NCBI GenBank assembly: GCA_949514915.1
Contig: CATFLP010000104.1
Location: 2,480 to 66,479, forward strand
Direction of reading: 5' to 3'
From: Methanobacteriota archaeon
GTDB taxonomy: Archaea > Thermoplasmatota > Poseidoniia > Poseidoniales > Poseidoniaceae
Length of the DNA: 64,000 bases
Numbering within the stretch: the first letter of the stretch is position 1; each line of letters starts with the position of its first letter. Of the stretch, positions 10,959 to 21,881 are shown piece by piece. A program made the position numbers and the translations under genes. The notes below the pieces were generated by a model. That model saw nothing but the letters and a program-made list of their open reading frames with translations. It did no database searches and was not told where the DNA came from.

Positions 10959-13900
10959 GCCTGTCCGAAATGTGTAGATGAATTAATAGCAATGTTGTTT
11001 TTATTTTTGGATTTCAAAGTTTGATAGTTTACTTGTAATTTTATTGGTTTCAAACTACCTTTTTTTGCCTCAATTATTGCAGCAACTTCCATTTTAGCTC
11101 CTGAAATTGTTGTGACAAATGGGATATTCATTTCCACTGCTAATCTTCTCATAATATTTCCATCTCTTACAGCACCACCACTTATTGTTGGCACATTAAT
11201 AATGAATTGAATTTTTCCTTGGTGCATTAAGTCTAATGCATCTGGATGACCTGGTTCATTAATTCGATATGCAGTATTTACGTTGATTGAATTTTTCCTT
11301 AATGTGTCAGAAGTTCCTGGAGTTGCATATAGTTCAAAACCCATATTTTCTAGTTTCCTTGCTAAGGGAATTAGTGATTGTTTGTCTTCATCTCTTACAG
11401 TTAAATATGCTCCTCCAGATGTTGCAACAGGAATTTCAGTTGCTAATCTTGCTTTTAGATATGCACTTTCAGCTGAAGTATCACTTCCCATAACTTCTCC
11501 TGTAGATTTCATTTCTGGACCTGGTGCTGGATCTAATCCAACTAATTTTATGAATGGGAATACTGGTGCTTTAACACATACATGACCTTTAGTTGGTTCA
11601 GGAATTATTTGTTTAGATAATTCCACACCCAATGTTGCTTTCGCGGATATTTTTGCTAATGGAACTCCTGTTGCTTTTGCTACAAATGGTACAGTTCTAC
11701 TTGATCTCGGATTTACTTCAAGAACATATAATTCATTATCTTGAATTGCAAATTGGATGTTAAAACAACCTACGATTTTTAATCCAATGCCAATTGTTTT
11801 TGTTTGTTCTTTAACTAGTTTTAAAATATCTTCTGAAATATTTTGAGTGGGTATGAAACAAGTTGAATCACCAGAATGAATTCCAGCCTCTTCTAAGTGC
11901 TCCATTATTGCACCTACAAGGACTTCTTTACCATCAGAAACAGCATCTACGTCAAGTTCTATTGCATGTGATAAATATTGATCAACAAGAATTGGTTTTT
12001 CAGGTGTAATATATGCCTCAGAAAGATAAGCATTTAGTTGCTTATCATTAGTAAGTACTTCCATACCTCGGCCACCTAAAACATAAGAAGGCCTTATTAA
12101 TACAGGGAATCCAATCTTGTTTACTGCCGCTCTCACTTCATCTGATGTTTTCCCAGTTAATCCATGTGGCATTTTCAGGCCATTTTCTTTTGAGAATTTT
12201 TCAAACCTTTCTCTGTCACTTGCTTCATCAATTGCATCAATACTTGTGCCTAATAATTTTAGATTTAGTCCAAATTTTTCTAGAACATCCATTCTTTTTT
12301 GCAGAGGTAATGCCAAATTTATTGCAGTTTGCCCTCCGAACTGTAGAAGAATTCCATGAGCTCTTTCTCTAAGTAATATTTCTATTACATATTCAATGCT
12401 TAATGGTTCAAAATAAAGTCTGTTTGATGTGTCAAAATCAGTAGATACTGTTTCAGGGTTATTATTGATTATTATCGCTTCATCACCATGATCTCTAATT
12501 GATTTTACTGCATGTACGCACCCATAATCGAATTCAATCCCCTGGCCAATTCTTATTGGGCCACTTCCAATAACTACATGTCTTTTTGGTGATTTCGGCT
12601 TAAATTTAATCAAATCAATTCCACTTTCGTTATTGATAGTTCCTTCTTCGTATGTTGAATAATAGTATGGTGTTGTGGCTGCAAATTCTGCTGCGCATGA
12701 ATCAACCATACGATATTTAGGATGAACTCCTAATTTGTGTCTTTGAGCCATCACAGCTATTTCTGATTGACTTTCTCGTAAAAATTTCCATCCTTTCGTT
12801 GGGAAATTTGCTAATGCATCTGCTATATATGCATCACTAAATCCATATCTTTTCCAAACTCTAAGAGACTCCTCTTTAATTTCATCAGGAGAATTACCAG
12901 AATTTACAATTTCATTTTCTATTTCTATAATCTCTTCAATTCTATATAAAAACCATTTAGTAATACTAGTGTGATTATGAATTTTATCTACGCTCCAACC
13001 TCTCCTAAATGCTTCTAAAATAGCAGATAATCTTCTATCGGTGGGGACTTCTAGCCAATTTGTAAGTACTTCTTCACTTAATTTTTCTTTGGCTCGGATA
13101 ATCATATCATCTCCTTCTGATTCATCTGCCTTGGTAAGAGGTCTTGGATGAGGGTTTCCTGTTTCCAAACTTCCCCAAGCTTTTAGAAATGCTTCTTGAA
13201 ATGACCTTCCTATTGCCATTACTTCACCTGTTGATTTCATTGAAGTGCCTAATGTTCTATTTGCAGTTCTAAATTTATCAAAAGGCCAACGAGGGATTTT
13301 TACTACGCAATAATCTAGTGTTGGCTCAAAAGCAGCAGTAGTTCCATGACCTGTAATTGGATTTGGCAACTCATCTAATGAGTAACCTATTGCAATTTTA
13401 GCAGCGATTCTAGCAATAGGATATCCTGTTGCTTTACTTGCTAATGCTGATGATCTACTAACTCTTGGGTTAACCTCTATCACTCGAATATCTCCATTTT
13501 TTTGATTTACAGCAAATTGAACATTACACCCTCCACAGATGTTTAATTCCCTAATCAATTTAAGTGAACAATCTCGAAGATATTGATGATCATTATCAGA
13601 TAATGATTGAACTGGAGCTACAACAATACTTTCTCCTGTATGCACTCCCATTGGGTCTAAATTCTCCATTGTACAGACAATGATGCAATTATCATTTGCA
13701 TCTCTTACAACTTCATATTCATGTTCTTGCCAACCTAGTATTGATTCTTCTATTAGTACCTGGTTAATTCTACTATTTCTTATCCCTAGTGATGAAACTT
13801 CAACTAATTCGCCGATGTTGTTAACAGTTCCTCCTCCAAGTCCTCCCAAGGTAAATGCAGGTCTTACCAATAATGGCCATGTGCCTAGTTTTTCAGCTGC

Positions 13901-14380
13901 TTTGATTACTTCTTCAATAGAATTACAAGCAATTGCTTTAGGTACAGGTAAATCTATAGATTCGCATATATCTTTGAATAAAGCACGATCTTCTGCTTTT
14001 TCAATAGCATCTAAATCAGAACCTATCAATTCTACATCATATTTCTCAAGAGTGCCATCATTTGCCAATTCTGTAGCTATGTTTAATGCAGTTTGTCCAC
14101 CCATTCCTGCAAGTAAAGCATCTGGTTTTTCAATTTCAATAATCTTTCTTACAACATCTGGTAGTAAGGGTTCAATATATACTACGTCAGCCATCTCAGG
14201 GTCATTTTGTATGGTAGCAGGGTTTGAATTTACTAATATGACCTCAAAGCCATCTTCTCTTAATGCTCGGCATGCTTGAGAGCCACTAAAATCGAATTCT
14301 GCAGCTTGACCTATTCTTATTGGTCCACTTCCTAGCAAAAGAATTCTATTAATGTCATTTCTTCTTGGCATTATAGACAA
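10955..14380 (-). CDS. carB: Carbamoyl-phosphate synthase large subunit
   Basis: GSGPIRIGQAAEFD, a duplicated ATP-grasp (EVNPRVSRSS / EVNPRSSRT) and a C-terminal MGS domain. Confidence 0.98.
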   Translation of the reverse strand: MSIMPRRNDINRILLLGSGPIRIGQAAEFDFSGSQACRALREDGFEVILVNSNPATIQNDPEMADVVYIEPLLPDVVRKIIEIEKPDALLAGMGGQTALNIATELANDGTLEKYDVELIGSDLDAIEKAEDRALFKDICESIDLPVPKAIACNSIEEVIKAAEKLGTWPLLVRPAFTLGGLGGGTVNNIGELVEVSSLGIRNSRINQVLIEESILGWQEHEYEVVRDANDNCIIVCTMENLDPMGVHTGESIVVAPVQSLSDNDHQYLRDCSLKLIRELNICGGCNVQFAVNQKNGDIRVIEVNPRVSRSSALASKATGYPIARIAAKIAIGYSLDELPNPITGHGTTAAFEPTLDYCVVKIPRWPFDKFRTANRTLGTSMKSTGEVMAIGRSFQEAFLKAWGSLETGNPHPRPLTKADESEGDDMIIRAKEKLSEEVLTNWLEVPTDRRLSAILEAFRRGWSVDKIHNHTSITKWFLYRIEEIIEIENEIVNSGNSPDEIKEESLRVWKRYGFSDAYIADALANFPTKGWKFLRESQSEIAVMAQRHKLGVHPKYRMVDSCAAEFAATTPYYYSTYEEGTINNESGIDLIKFKPKSPKRHVVIGSGPIRIGQGIEFDYGCVHAVKSIRDHGDEAIIINNNPETVSTDFDTSNRLYFEPLSIEYVIEILLRERAHGILLQFGGQTAINLALPLQKRMDVLEKFGLNLKLLGTSIDAIDEASDRERFEKFSKENGLKMPHGLTGKTSDEVRAAVNKIGFPVLIRPSYVLGGRGMEVLTNDKQLNAYLSEAYITPEKPILVDQYLSHAIELDVDAVSDGKEVLVGAIMEHLEEAGIHSGDSTCFIPTQNISEDILKLVKEQTKTIGIGLKIVGCFNIQFAIQDNELYVLEVNPRSSRTVPFVAKATGVPLAKISAKATLGVELSKQIIPEPTKGHVCVKAPVFPFIKLVGLDPAPGPEMKSTGEVMGSDTSAESAYLKARLATEIPVATSGGAYLTVRDEDKQSLIPLARKLENMGFELYATPGTSDTLRKNSINVNTAYRINEPGHPDALDLMHQGKIQFIINVPTISGGAVRDGNIMRRLAVEMNIPFVTTISGAKMEVAAIIEAKKGSLKPIKLQVNYQTLKSKNKNNIAINSSTHFGQA

Positions 14381-15678
14381 CTCCTTACTAATTCTTCAAA
14401 TTGATCAAATAATTTTGATGCATCATGCGGACCAGGGCAGGCTTCAGGATGATATTGTACACTAAATGCAGGTTTTCCAATAACTTCTAATCCCTCAACG
14501 GTATTGTCATTTGCATTAATATGTGATACTTTGACTTTAGAACCAATTAAGTTTTCTTCTTTTCCAGAACTAACTCCAGATGGATGTTCAGCTAATCTTC
14601 CTTTAAGTGGGTCTGCAACTGCAAAGCCGTGATTTTGTGAGGTTATGCTAACTTTTCCAGTTTTTACGTTAATTACTGGTTGATTAGCTCCTCTATGGCC
14701 ATATAGCATCTTGTATGTTTCAAGTCCAGCAGCAAGCCCTAGTAGTTGGTGTCCTAAGCAAATGCCCATTGTTGGCATGCCAGATTTTATTCCCTCTGCT
14801 AATGTTCTCCTTGCTGATGTGGCGCTTTCTTTCTGTGCTGGGTCTCCAGGGCCATTTGAACAAAATAATGCTGATATTTTCCATTTAGAAACTAAATCCT
14901 CAAATTCAATATTTGGAGGGCACCATAAAACTTCAAATCTTTTTGTTAATTCTCTGATTATGTTATATTTTATACCACAATCTAGAACTCCAAGCCGAGG
15001 GAGTGCATTTCCATTTTTGTCCTTTACTCCTTCATTGACAAGGGTTGGTTCAGAAATAGAAACCATCTTAATTAAGTCATTTATTGATGGATCTTCTATT
15101 GTAGTAAGAATTTCTCTTAACTCTTCTTCTTTTTCAAGTGGACCCATTACACATAATAATGTTCCATACTCTCTTACTTTTTTTGTAATTGCTCTTGTAT
15201 CAACTTTTCTTAATCCAGGAATTTCATGAATTCTTAGTAATTCATCAACATTTCCTATTGAGTCTCTATGATCTGGGTGAATGATGACTTCTCTACAAAT
15301 TAATGCTCGAGGCCAAACAGAAGAACTCTCTGAAGCAGAAGGATGAATTCCATAATTTCCAATTAATGGGTATGTAAAAGTTAGAACTTGGCCAGCAAAA
15401 GATGGATCTGTAAGACTTTCTTGATAACCAGTCATTCCAGTTGTGAAGACTAATTCTCCTTGTGCAATTCCTTTTGCACCAAATAATTCACCTTCAAATC
15501 TACTTCCGTCTGCCAAAAGTAATACTCCCTTTCCTTCTGCGGCTATTGGTAAAACCGTATTTTTATTTTTAGCTAAAACTAGTTTATCCGATGCATCTAC
15601 GAAACTAATTGGGTTCTTTACTCCAAGTTGCCCTAGGCCCGGATTAAACCCGCCTCCGCTCCTCTTAGACGCCGACAT
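14371..15678 (-). CDS. carA: Carbamoyl-phosphate synthase small (glutaminase) subunit
   Basis: GELVFTTGMTGYQE, SNGPGDP, GICLGHQ (catalytic Cys) and QYHPEA. Confidence 0.97.
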   Translation of the reverse strand: MSASKRSGGGFNPGLGQLGVKNPISFVDASDKLVLAKNKNTVLPIAAEGKGVLLLADGSRFEGELFGAKGIAQGELVFTTGMTGYQESLTDPSFAGQVLTFTYPLIGNYGIHPSASESSSVWPRALICREVIIHPDHRDSIGNVDELLRIHEIPGLRKVDTRAITKKVREYGTLLCVMGPLEKEEELREILTTIEDPSINDLIKMVSISEPTLVNEGVKDKNGNALPRLGVLDCGIKYNIIRELTKRFEVLWCPPNIEFEDLVSKWKISALFCSNGPGDPAQKESATSARRTLAEGIKSGMPTMGICLGHQLLGLAAGLETYKMLYGHRGANQPVINVKTGKVSITSQNHGFAVADPLKGRLAEHPSGVSSGKEENLIGSKVKVSHINANDNTVEGLEVIGKPAFSVQYHPEACPGPHDASKLFDQFEELVRSCL

Positions 15679-15732
15679 CAGCCCATGTCGTTGAATAGAC
15701 TCAATAAGGATTGAGGATAAAAATTATTTTTT

Positions 15733-16332
15733 TTATTCTTCTTCGGACAATAATTTTTCATTATTTTTTGTATTAAAACCATGATCTATTACATTCTTGC
15801 CATCTATATCTGGTATAATCTCTAATATTGGATTTGAGAAATCTTTTTCTGTAGATTTCCCCTCATATATTGCATCCAGAATTAGAGCAAGAGCAGCAAC
15901 TTCACTATGTGGTTGATTGCCCACAGATACGTTGTAATCTGCCGTTCTATAGATTGAAGCAGGAACTTTAGCACCTCCAACTACAATTGCTAATGGCTTA
16001 TCTTTAGGAATTTTTTTGACTATTTTCCTATAGTCTTCTCCATACATAGTGAGGTGTATTATAGTTCCTTTTTTGCCATGTTGATCATTTGATTTAAAGT
16101 TCCTAAGCCAATTCATTGGCGATTCTAAATGCTTTGTATTGAATTTCCCTCCGAATGTTTTTGTCACTTGATTAATCGTTTCAAACATTTTATGGTCTTT
16201 ATCTCCCGAAACAAAGAATTCGTCAGCACCCAAAGCTCTTGATACAAGTCCTAGGTGTGTGTTTATTCTTGGGTCTCTTCCAACTCTGTAACCTAATCTT
16301 AGAACAGTAATAGGAAATGGATGTTTAGACAC
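15733..16332 (-). CDS. trm56: tRNA (cytidine(56)-2'-O)-methyltransferase (archaeal SPOUT aTrm56)
   Basis: VLRLGYRVGRDPRINTH, IHLTMYG, VVGGAKVP and NQPHSEVAALA. GTG start at 16332 follows AGGTGA. Confidence 0.93.
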   Translation of the reverse strand: MSKHPFPITVLRLGYRVGRDPRINTHLGLVSRALGADEFFVSGDKDHKMFETINQVTKTFGGKFNTKHLESPMNWLRNFKSNDQHGKKGTIIHLTMYGEDYRKIVKKIPKDKPLAIVVGGAKVPASIYRTADYNVSVGNQPHSEVAALALILDAIYEGKSTEKDFSNPILEIIPDIDGKNVIDHGFNTKNNEKLLSEEE

Positions 16333-16348
16333 ATATTCACCTTTTGAA

Positions 16349-16996
16349 TTATTCTGGATTTTCAGAATCATTATTTTCAAGATATTCGATGTTAGAATTT
16401 TCTTTTGTGATGCTTGCTTCATGCATTTCTAAAAACCTTTTAACCCAAGATAATAAGAATGCCTCCATCAACATTTTTGAACCTACGTATACTCCAGAAC
16501 CAATTATTGCTAGTTTAGTACAAAGCCATAATATCGTACTCATCTCAGCCTCAGTTTGACTAAAAATAAGCATTCCTAATGGTTCAATGATAAAATATAC
16601 TGAGATTAATAGTAAAAATCCTGCAATAGTTCCTGGTCCAGGTCTACCTAATTCTCTACTCATCATATTAAGTACAGATCCTGCAAAAACCAACAATGGA
16701 AGTATTGCAGAAATAATCTCATAGTCTAGTTGTGTTATTAATTCTGGTTCATTGAATGTAGTTGATTTAAATTTAATGAATACAAGCCACCAAAATAATA
16801 GAAGGCTACCAATGATTGTGCCAGAAAAAACAGCTCTTTTATGTATCATTTCGTCAATTGTATGACTATCCTTTACATCCATTCTTTCAAGAATTGCATC
16901 TGCTAATTGCCATGGATCAATTCCTCCAGATTCGTTCGAAACAGTATTTTCTACAATTATCTCGTTAGTAGAAATCATCGCCGCCTCCTCATCCAT
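16349..16996 (-). CDS. Four-TM membrane protein of unknown function
   Basis: 215-aa ORF with about four hydrophobic segments, co-oriented upstream of trm56. Confidence 0.7.
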   Translation of the reverse strand: MDEEAAMISTNEIIVENTVSNESGGIDPWQLADAILERMDVKDSHTIDEMIHKRAVFSGTIIGSLLLFWWLVFIKFKSTTFNEPELITQLDYEIISAILPLLVFAGSVLNMMSRELGRPGPGTIAGFLLLISVYFIIEPLGMLIFSQTEAEMSTILWLCTKLAIIGSGVYVGSKMLMEAFLLSWVKRFLEMHEASITKENSNIEYLENNDSENPE

Positions 16997-17050
16997 TATG
17001 CACGGGCTGTTTTGCTAACTGATAAAGACTCGCAAGCATAGCGGGGTAAC

Positions 17051-17923
17051 ATGGCGAGTTCTGGCCCTTCTGAGCATCAGCGGCCAACATTGTCTGAACT
17101 GTCAAAATTGATTCGTAAAGATTCAAGTAATAAGCCTAGAATAATGGGTATAGTTAATGTAACTCCAGATTCATTCCATAAAGAATCTCGTAAGGATAAG
17201 AATGCTGCAATAAATGCAGCATTAGAAATGTGGGATTCAGGTGCACTTTGGGTAGATATTGGTGGTGAATCAACTAGGCCTGGTTCAGAAGAAGTGTCAT
17301 TAGATGAGGAATTAGATAGGGTGATTCCAGTAATAGAGAAACTAAAAAAGATAAAACCAAATGGATTAATTTCAATTGATACAAAAAAAGCTGAGGTAGC
17401 AAAACAAGCAATTTTAGCTGGAGCATTAATGATTAACGACGTTTCAGGTTTAAGAAGTAAAGAGATGTTTGAATTAGTCCTATCTGAAAAAATACCTGTT
17501 TGTATTATGCATATGCAAAAAAACCCAGAAAATATGCAAGTATCTCCTTACTATGATGACTGCTTAGGTGAAGTTTGTGAATATTTGTTTTCAAAAGCAG
17601 ATGATTTGATAAGCCAAGGTTTTCCAAAAGAATTAATTGTATTGGATCCAGGAATAGGTTTTGGAAAATTATTAAATCATAATTTAGAACTTTTAAGAGG
17701 AACTGAGAGAATAAGAAGAGATGGTTTTAGTGTATTGCATGGAGTTAGTAGAAAGTCGATGATTGGTGAATTAACAAATAATAAATCAATTGAAAAAAGA
17801 TTACCTGGGACTTTAGCAGTTTCAGCATTTGGGCAACTTAATGGAATTGATATAATTAGGGTGCATGATGTAGCAGAGCATGTTGATTTAACTAATGTAT
17901 TAAGTGCTATAGTGAATGAATAG
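17051..17923 (+). CDS. folP: Dihydropteroate synthase
   Basis: IMGIVNVTPDSF, DIGGESTRPG, LDPGIGFGK, SRKS and IIRVHDV. Confidence 0.96.
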   Translation: MASSGPSEHQRPTLSELSKLIRKDSSNKPRIMGIVNVTPDSFHKESRKDKNAAINAALEMWDSGALWVDIGGESTRPGSEEVSLDEELDRVIPVIEKLKKIKPNGLISIDTKKAEVAKQAILAGALMINDVSGLRSKEMFELVLSEKIPVCIMHMQKNPENMQVSPYYDDCLGEVCEYLFSKADDLISQGFPKELIVLDPGIGFGKLLNHNLELLRGTERIRRDGFSVLHGVSRKSMIGELTNNKSIEKRLPGTLAVSAFGQLNGIDIIRVHDVAEHVDLTNVLSAIVNE

Positions 17924-17932
17924 GTGAGTTTA

Positions 17933-19102
17933 ATGGGAGAGGATAGTGATTTAGTAATTTCTATAGAAGACAACATATTATTGGTAGGAACTGCTCATAT
18001 AAGTAAAGAGTCAGTTGAATTAGTTCGAAATGAAATAGAGAGTTGGAATCCAGATTTTGTTGCAGTTGAATTATGCCAAAGTAGATTTAAGGCACTTTCT
18101 GAAAATAGGCGTTTAGACAAAGAAAGTTTACTAAAAGTAATCAAAGAAGGAAAGGCTCCACTTATTCTCATGCAGAGTCTACTAGCTTCTGAGCAAAGAA
18201 AATTAGGGCTTAGTGAAGAAATGCAACCTGGAGCAGAATTAATTGAGGCAATATCAATTGCTAAACAAAATAAAAAAGAGATTGCTTTGATTGATAGAGA
18301 TATACAAGTTACATTGAGAAGGGCTTGGAAGAAAATGAAATTTCGTGAAAAGTTTAGATTATTGTTTTCATTAATTGGTGAAGATGAAATTGATGATGAA
18401 TTTGATGTTAATCAAATACTAGAGAATAAAGATTTAATGACTATGATGATGGATGAATTAAAGCAAGTAGCACCAGGTGCAGGATCTGTGTTAGTTGATG
18501 AAAGAGATGAATATCTAGCACATAACATTCTTCAAAAAAGTGCCTCTGGAAAAGTACTTGCTGTTATTGGGGCAGGTCATTTAGATGGCGTAAAGATGCA
18601 TTTATCATCATTAAAAAAACCAAATAAAGAGAGAATTGAGATATTGTCTAGAGTGCCAAAAAAGAAAGTATATCAGAAATTTATACCTTGGATTATTCCA
18701 CTAATTTTATTTGGATTTATTCTAAAATCAGGTTTGGAAAAAGATTTTACCGAATTTGCAGAAATTTTAACCATTTGGGCATTAGCTAATTCAATATGTG
18801 CTGCATTTGCTGTAATTTTAGCTAGAGGGCATATTTTTGCAGTAATTACGGCTGCTTTAGCATCTCCTATTACATCTTTGAATCCATTTCTTGCTGCAGG
18901 ATGGTTCGCAGGTTATGTTCAAATGAAGGTAGATGAACCAACTACTGAAGATTTAACAAATTTTTTGAAATTAGAAGATTGGAAATCTTATTGGACTAAT
19001 TCGGCAGGAAAAGTATTGCTTGTAACTGCATTAGGTAATTTAGGCAGTATGTCTGGAGCATGGGTTGCGGCATCAATGATAGGATTATTTGGAGCATTGT
19101 AA
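17933..19102 (+). CDS. TraB/PrgY (GumN) family protein
   Basis: LVGTAHIS, VAVELC, DRDIQVTLRR, ERDEYLA, VIGAGHL and C-terminal TMs. ATG 17933 follows GGTGA. Confidence 0.9.
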   Translation: MGEDSDLVISIEDNILLVGTAHISKESVELVRNEIESWNPDFVAVELCQSRFKALSENRRLDKESLLKVIKEGKAPLILMQSLLASEQRKLGLSEEMQPGAELIEAISIAKQNKKEIALIDRDIQVTLRRAWKKMKFREKFRLLFSLIGEDEIDDEFDVNQILENKDLMTMMMDELKQVAPGAGSVLVDERDEYLAHNILQKSASGKVLAVIGAGHLDGVKMHLSSLKKPNKERIEILSRVPKKKVYQKFIPWIIPLILFGFILKSGLEKDFTEFAEILTIWALANSICAAFAVILARGHIFAVITAALASPITSLNPFLAAGWFAGYVQMKVDEPTTEDLTNFLKLEDWKSYWTNSAGKVLLVTALGNLGSMSGAWVAASMIGLFGAL

Positions 19103-19152
19103 TTATTAATTATTTTACTTAAACTCTTATGCTTGACCTGAGTCGCCTTGTC

Positions 19153-20388
19153 ATGGACGAAAATGATGTTGTTATTATTGGAGGGGCAAGGACACCTTTT
19201 TGTGAATGGTTAGGTGGAAAAAGAGGGGATGGAGAATATGGAGGAAGGTTATCTTCACTTTCTGCAGAAGAACTTGGAACAATTGCAATAAAAGGTGCCT
19301 TAGAAAAAACAGGAACAAGTCCAAAAACAGTAGATCATGTGATTATGGGTCATGCACTTCAAACATCTGGGCAAGCAATTTTTGGAGCTAGGCATGCAGG
19401 ATTAAATGCAGGTATACCTCAAGAAGTACCTATGTTGACATTAAATCGATTATGCGGCAGTGGTGCCCAATCAATAGTTTCAGGTTCACAAATGATAATG
19501 CTTGGAGAGGCTGAAGTAATTGTAGCGGGTGGTATGGAAAATTTAAGTCAGGCACCTCATGTATTAAGAAATTCAAGAGATCAATACAAATTAGGTAGAC
19601 CTCCTAAGGCAGGAACAGAACTTGAAAAAGATATGGAAGATTATCTATTTACAAATTTAATCGATGGAACATGTAATATGTTTATGGCACAAACAAGTGA
19701 TGAATTATGTAAAAGAGTGGGAGTTACAAGAGAGGAAGCAGATGAATTTGCAGTTTTAAGCCATAGCAGGACGGAATATAGTGTAGATAATAATTTATTT
19801 TCTGAAGAGATAGTTCCTGTAGAAACTCCTAGTGGATTAATCGATTCATCACACGAAGACCATTTTGTAAGAGGAACTACTAAAGAATCATTATCGGAGT
19901 TAAGAACACATTTTGGTCCAGATTCATTAGTTACTGCAGGAAATGCATCGGGAGTCGTTGATGGTGCAGCCGCATTAGTATTAAAATCAGGGAAAAGAGC
20001 AAAATTAGATGATGATGTGCCACTTGCAAGAATAGTTTCTTGGGGAATTGTGGGATTAGAACCAGCAATTATGGCTTACGGGCCAGTTCCGAGTAGCAGA
20101 AAAGCATTGGAAAAAGCAGGTCTTTCAGCTGAAGATATAGACAGATGGGAAATTAATGAGGCATTTTCAGGTCAGGCTGTAGCTTGTATTAAAGAACTTG
20201 AAATTGATGTAGATAGAGTAAATGTTAATGGCGGAGCAGTTGGATTAGGTCATCCACTTGCAGCTACAGGAACAAGATTGATATTGACTTTATCACATGA
20301 ATTAAAAAGATGCGGTGGAAGATATGGAGTAGCAACTGCATGTATTGGCGGTGGACAAGGTATTGCAGTAATTATTGAAAGAATTTGA
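19153..20388 (+). CDS. Acetyl-CoA C-acyltransferase (thiolase)
   Basis: NRLCGSG (catalytic Cys), NEAF, GHPLAATG and ACIGGGQG. Confidence 0.96.
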   Translation: MDENDVVIIGGARTPFCEWLGGKRGDGEYGGRLSSLSAEELGTIAIKGALEKTGTSPKTVDHVIMGHALQTSGQAIFGARHAGLNAGIPQEVPMLTLNRLCGSGAQSIVSGSQMIMLGEAEVIVAGGMENLSQAPHVLRNSRDQYKLGRPPKAGTELEKDMEDYLFTNLIDGTCNMFMAQTSDELCKRVGVTREEADEFAVLSHSRTEYSVDNNLFSEEIVPVETPSGLIDSSHEDHFVRGTTKESLSELRTHFGPDSLVTAGNASGVVDGAAALVLKSGKRAKLDDDVPLARIVSWGIVGLEPAIMAYGPVPSSRKALEKAGLSAEDIDRWEINEAFSGQAVACIKELEIDVDRVNVNGGAVGLGHPLAATGTRLILTLSHELKRCGGRYGVATACIGGGQGIAVIIERI

Positions 20389-20399
20389 GGTGCTTTTTA

Positions 20400-21857
20400 T
20401 TGACAAATAAAGTAGACTCGGTCGTAGATAAGTATTTACTCACTTCAAATCCATTAAAGAAATGGTTATCAATTATTTTTGGATGTATTTTCACATTTTT
20501 TTCAATTATAGGAATATTTATTCCAGGGTGGCCAACTGTGTCTTGGGCCGTTCCAGCAGCTTTTTTGTTTTCTATTTCTAGTGAGAGATTATTTCGTTGG
20601 TCTCTTACAAACAAATTTTTTGGTTCTGCTATTTTAGAATATTATCATACAGGTAAAACAATACCAAAACATGCCAAATTAGGAATATGTCTTTTAATTT
20701 TGTTAATGGTTGTAATTTCTGCAATTTCTACATTTCATTTAGGTGATCCAGGATACGGCTCTATCACAATTATAATCGTGGGCCTTATTGGAATTTGTTA
20801 CGTTAGTTTTATTGTAAAATCAAGAGAATCTTTGAATTATAAATCCTCTAGGCCTAAATTAGCAATTTATTCAATATTGTATGTAATCATGTTATTGATT
20901 CCTATTCTTTATTCGGGATTGGGGTTTGTGATAGCTACTCAATCAGGTTTGCAATTATCTCAAACATGTGGTGTTTTTGAAGAAAACACTCCTAGTGATT
21001 GGGATATGGACGATGAAGATTGGTATCTTAATTATGCTAATGGCGAAGAGAGAATTAAATTAAGGCAAGAAATGAATGTAAGTGAATATCAATTTCCATT
21101 TGAGGAAGTTAATTTCCCAAGTAGGAGTGAAGGTGTAACAATAAGCGGGTGGTATCAATTTGTAGATTCAGAGTCACCGACAGTAATTATTACTCACGGT
21201 GTAGGTACAAATGGAAAGTGTAAACATGAACCTTTGATGGTTTCTGCAATGCTTTATAAAAATGGAATTAACACACTTTCTATAGATTTACAAGGTTATG
21301 GTAATAGCACAGTAGTAGATGAATATATGAAAATTGGTCAAGCAGAATATCTAGATGTTTTAGGCGCAGTTGATTATTTGATAGATTCTAGAAATGTTAG
21401 TGAAAATAAAATAGGCGTTATGGGTATTTCATTAGGTGGCATAGCTGCTTCAATTGCTTTTTCAGAGGATGAAAGAATATCTGCTATTTGGTTAGAGGCA
21501 GCCCCCTCAGATTTCCAAATATTAGTTGAAGATCAATTAGCAGAACTTGGCTTTCCTAAGTTATTAGGAAGTTCTGCAATAAGGTGGGTTGAAGTATTTA
21601 TTGGGGTAAATCCAAATGAAATTCCAGCAACAAATTCAGCATCATCTGCAGGAGAAAGGCCTATGTTCTTATGTCATGGTTATGAAGATGATTTAGTTCC
21701 AATATCTCATTCTCAATCATTAGAAAAATTAGCATTAGAGAATAACGTAAATGTAACTTCTTGGTATGTTGAAGGTGCAAACCATGTAGATGCAATTTGG
21801 AGTCATACAGAAGAATATGAGGATAATTTGACAGCGTTTTTCAAATCATTAAACTAA
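20400..21857 (+). CDS. YbaN/DUF454 membrane domain fused to an alpha/beta hydrolase
   Basis: N-terminal IGIFIPGWPTV...ERLFRWSL..FFG..IPKHAK resembles DUF454. The C-terminal part has GISLGG, HGYEDDLV and GANHV, a Ser-Asp-His triad. TTG 20400 follows GAGGTG. Confidence 0.8.
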   Translation: MTNKVDSVVDKYLLTSNPLKKWLSIIFGCIFTFFSIIGIFIPGWPTVSWAVPAAFLFSISSERLFRWSLTNKFFGSAILEYYHTGKTIPKHAKLGICLLILLMVVISAISTFHLGDPGYGSITIIIVGLIGICYVSFIVKSRESLNYKSSRPKLAIYSILYVIMLLIPILYSGLGFVIATQSGLQLSQTCGVFEENTPSDWDMDDEDWYLNYANGEERIKLRQEMNVSEYQFPFEEVNFPSRSEGVTISGWYQFVDSESPTVIITHGVGTNGKCKHEPLMVSAMLYKNGINTLSIDLQGYGNSTVVDEYMKIGQAEYLDVLGAVDYLIDSRNVSENKIGVMGISLGGIAASIAFSEDERISAIWLEAAPSDFQILVEDQLAELGFPKLLGSSAIRWVEVFIGVNPNEIPATNSASSAGERPMFLCHGYEDDLVPISHSQSLEKLALENNVNVTSWYVEGANHVDAIWSHTEEYEDNLTAFFKSLN

Positions 21858-21881
21858 TAATTTTTTAATTTAGGCGAGATT

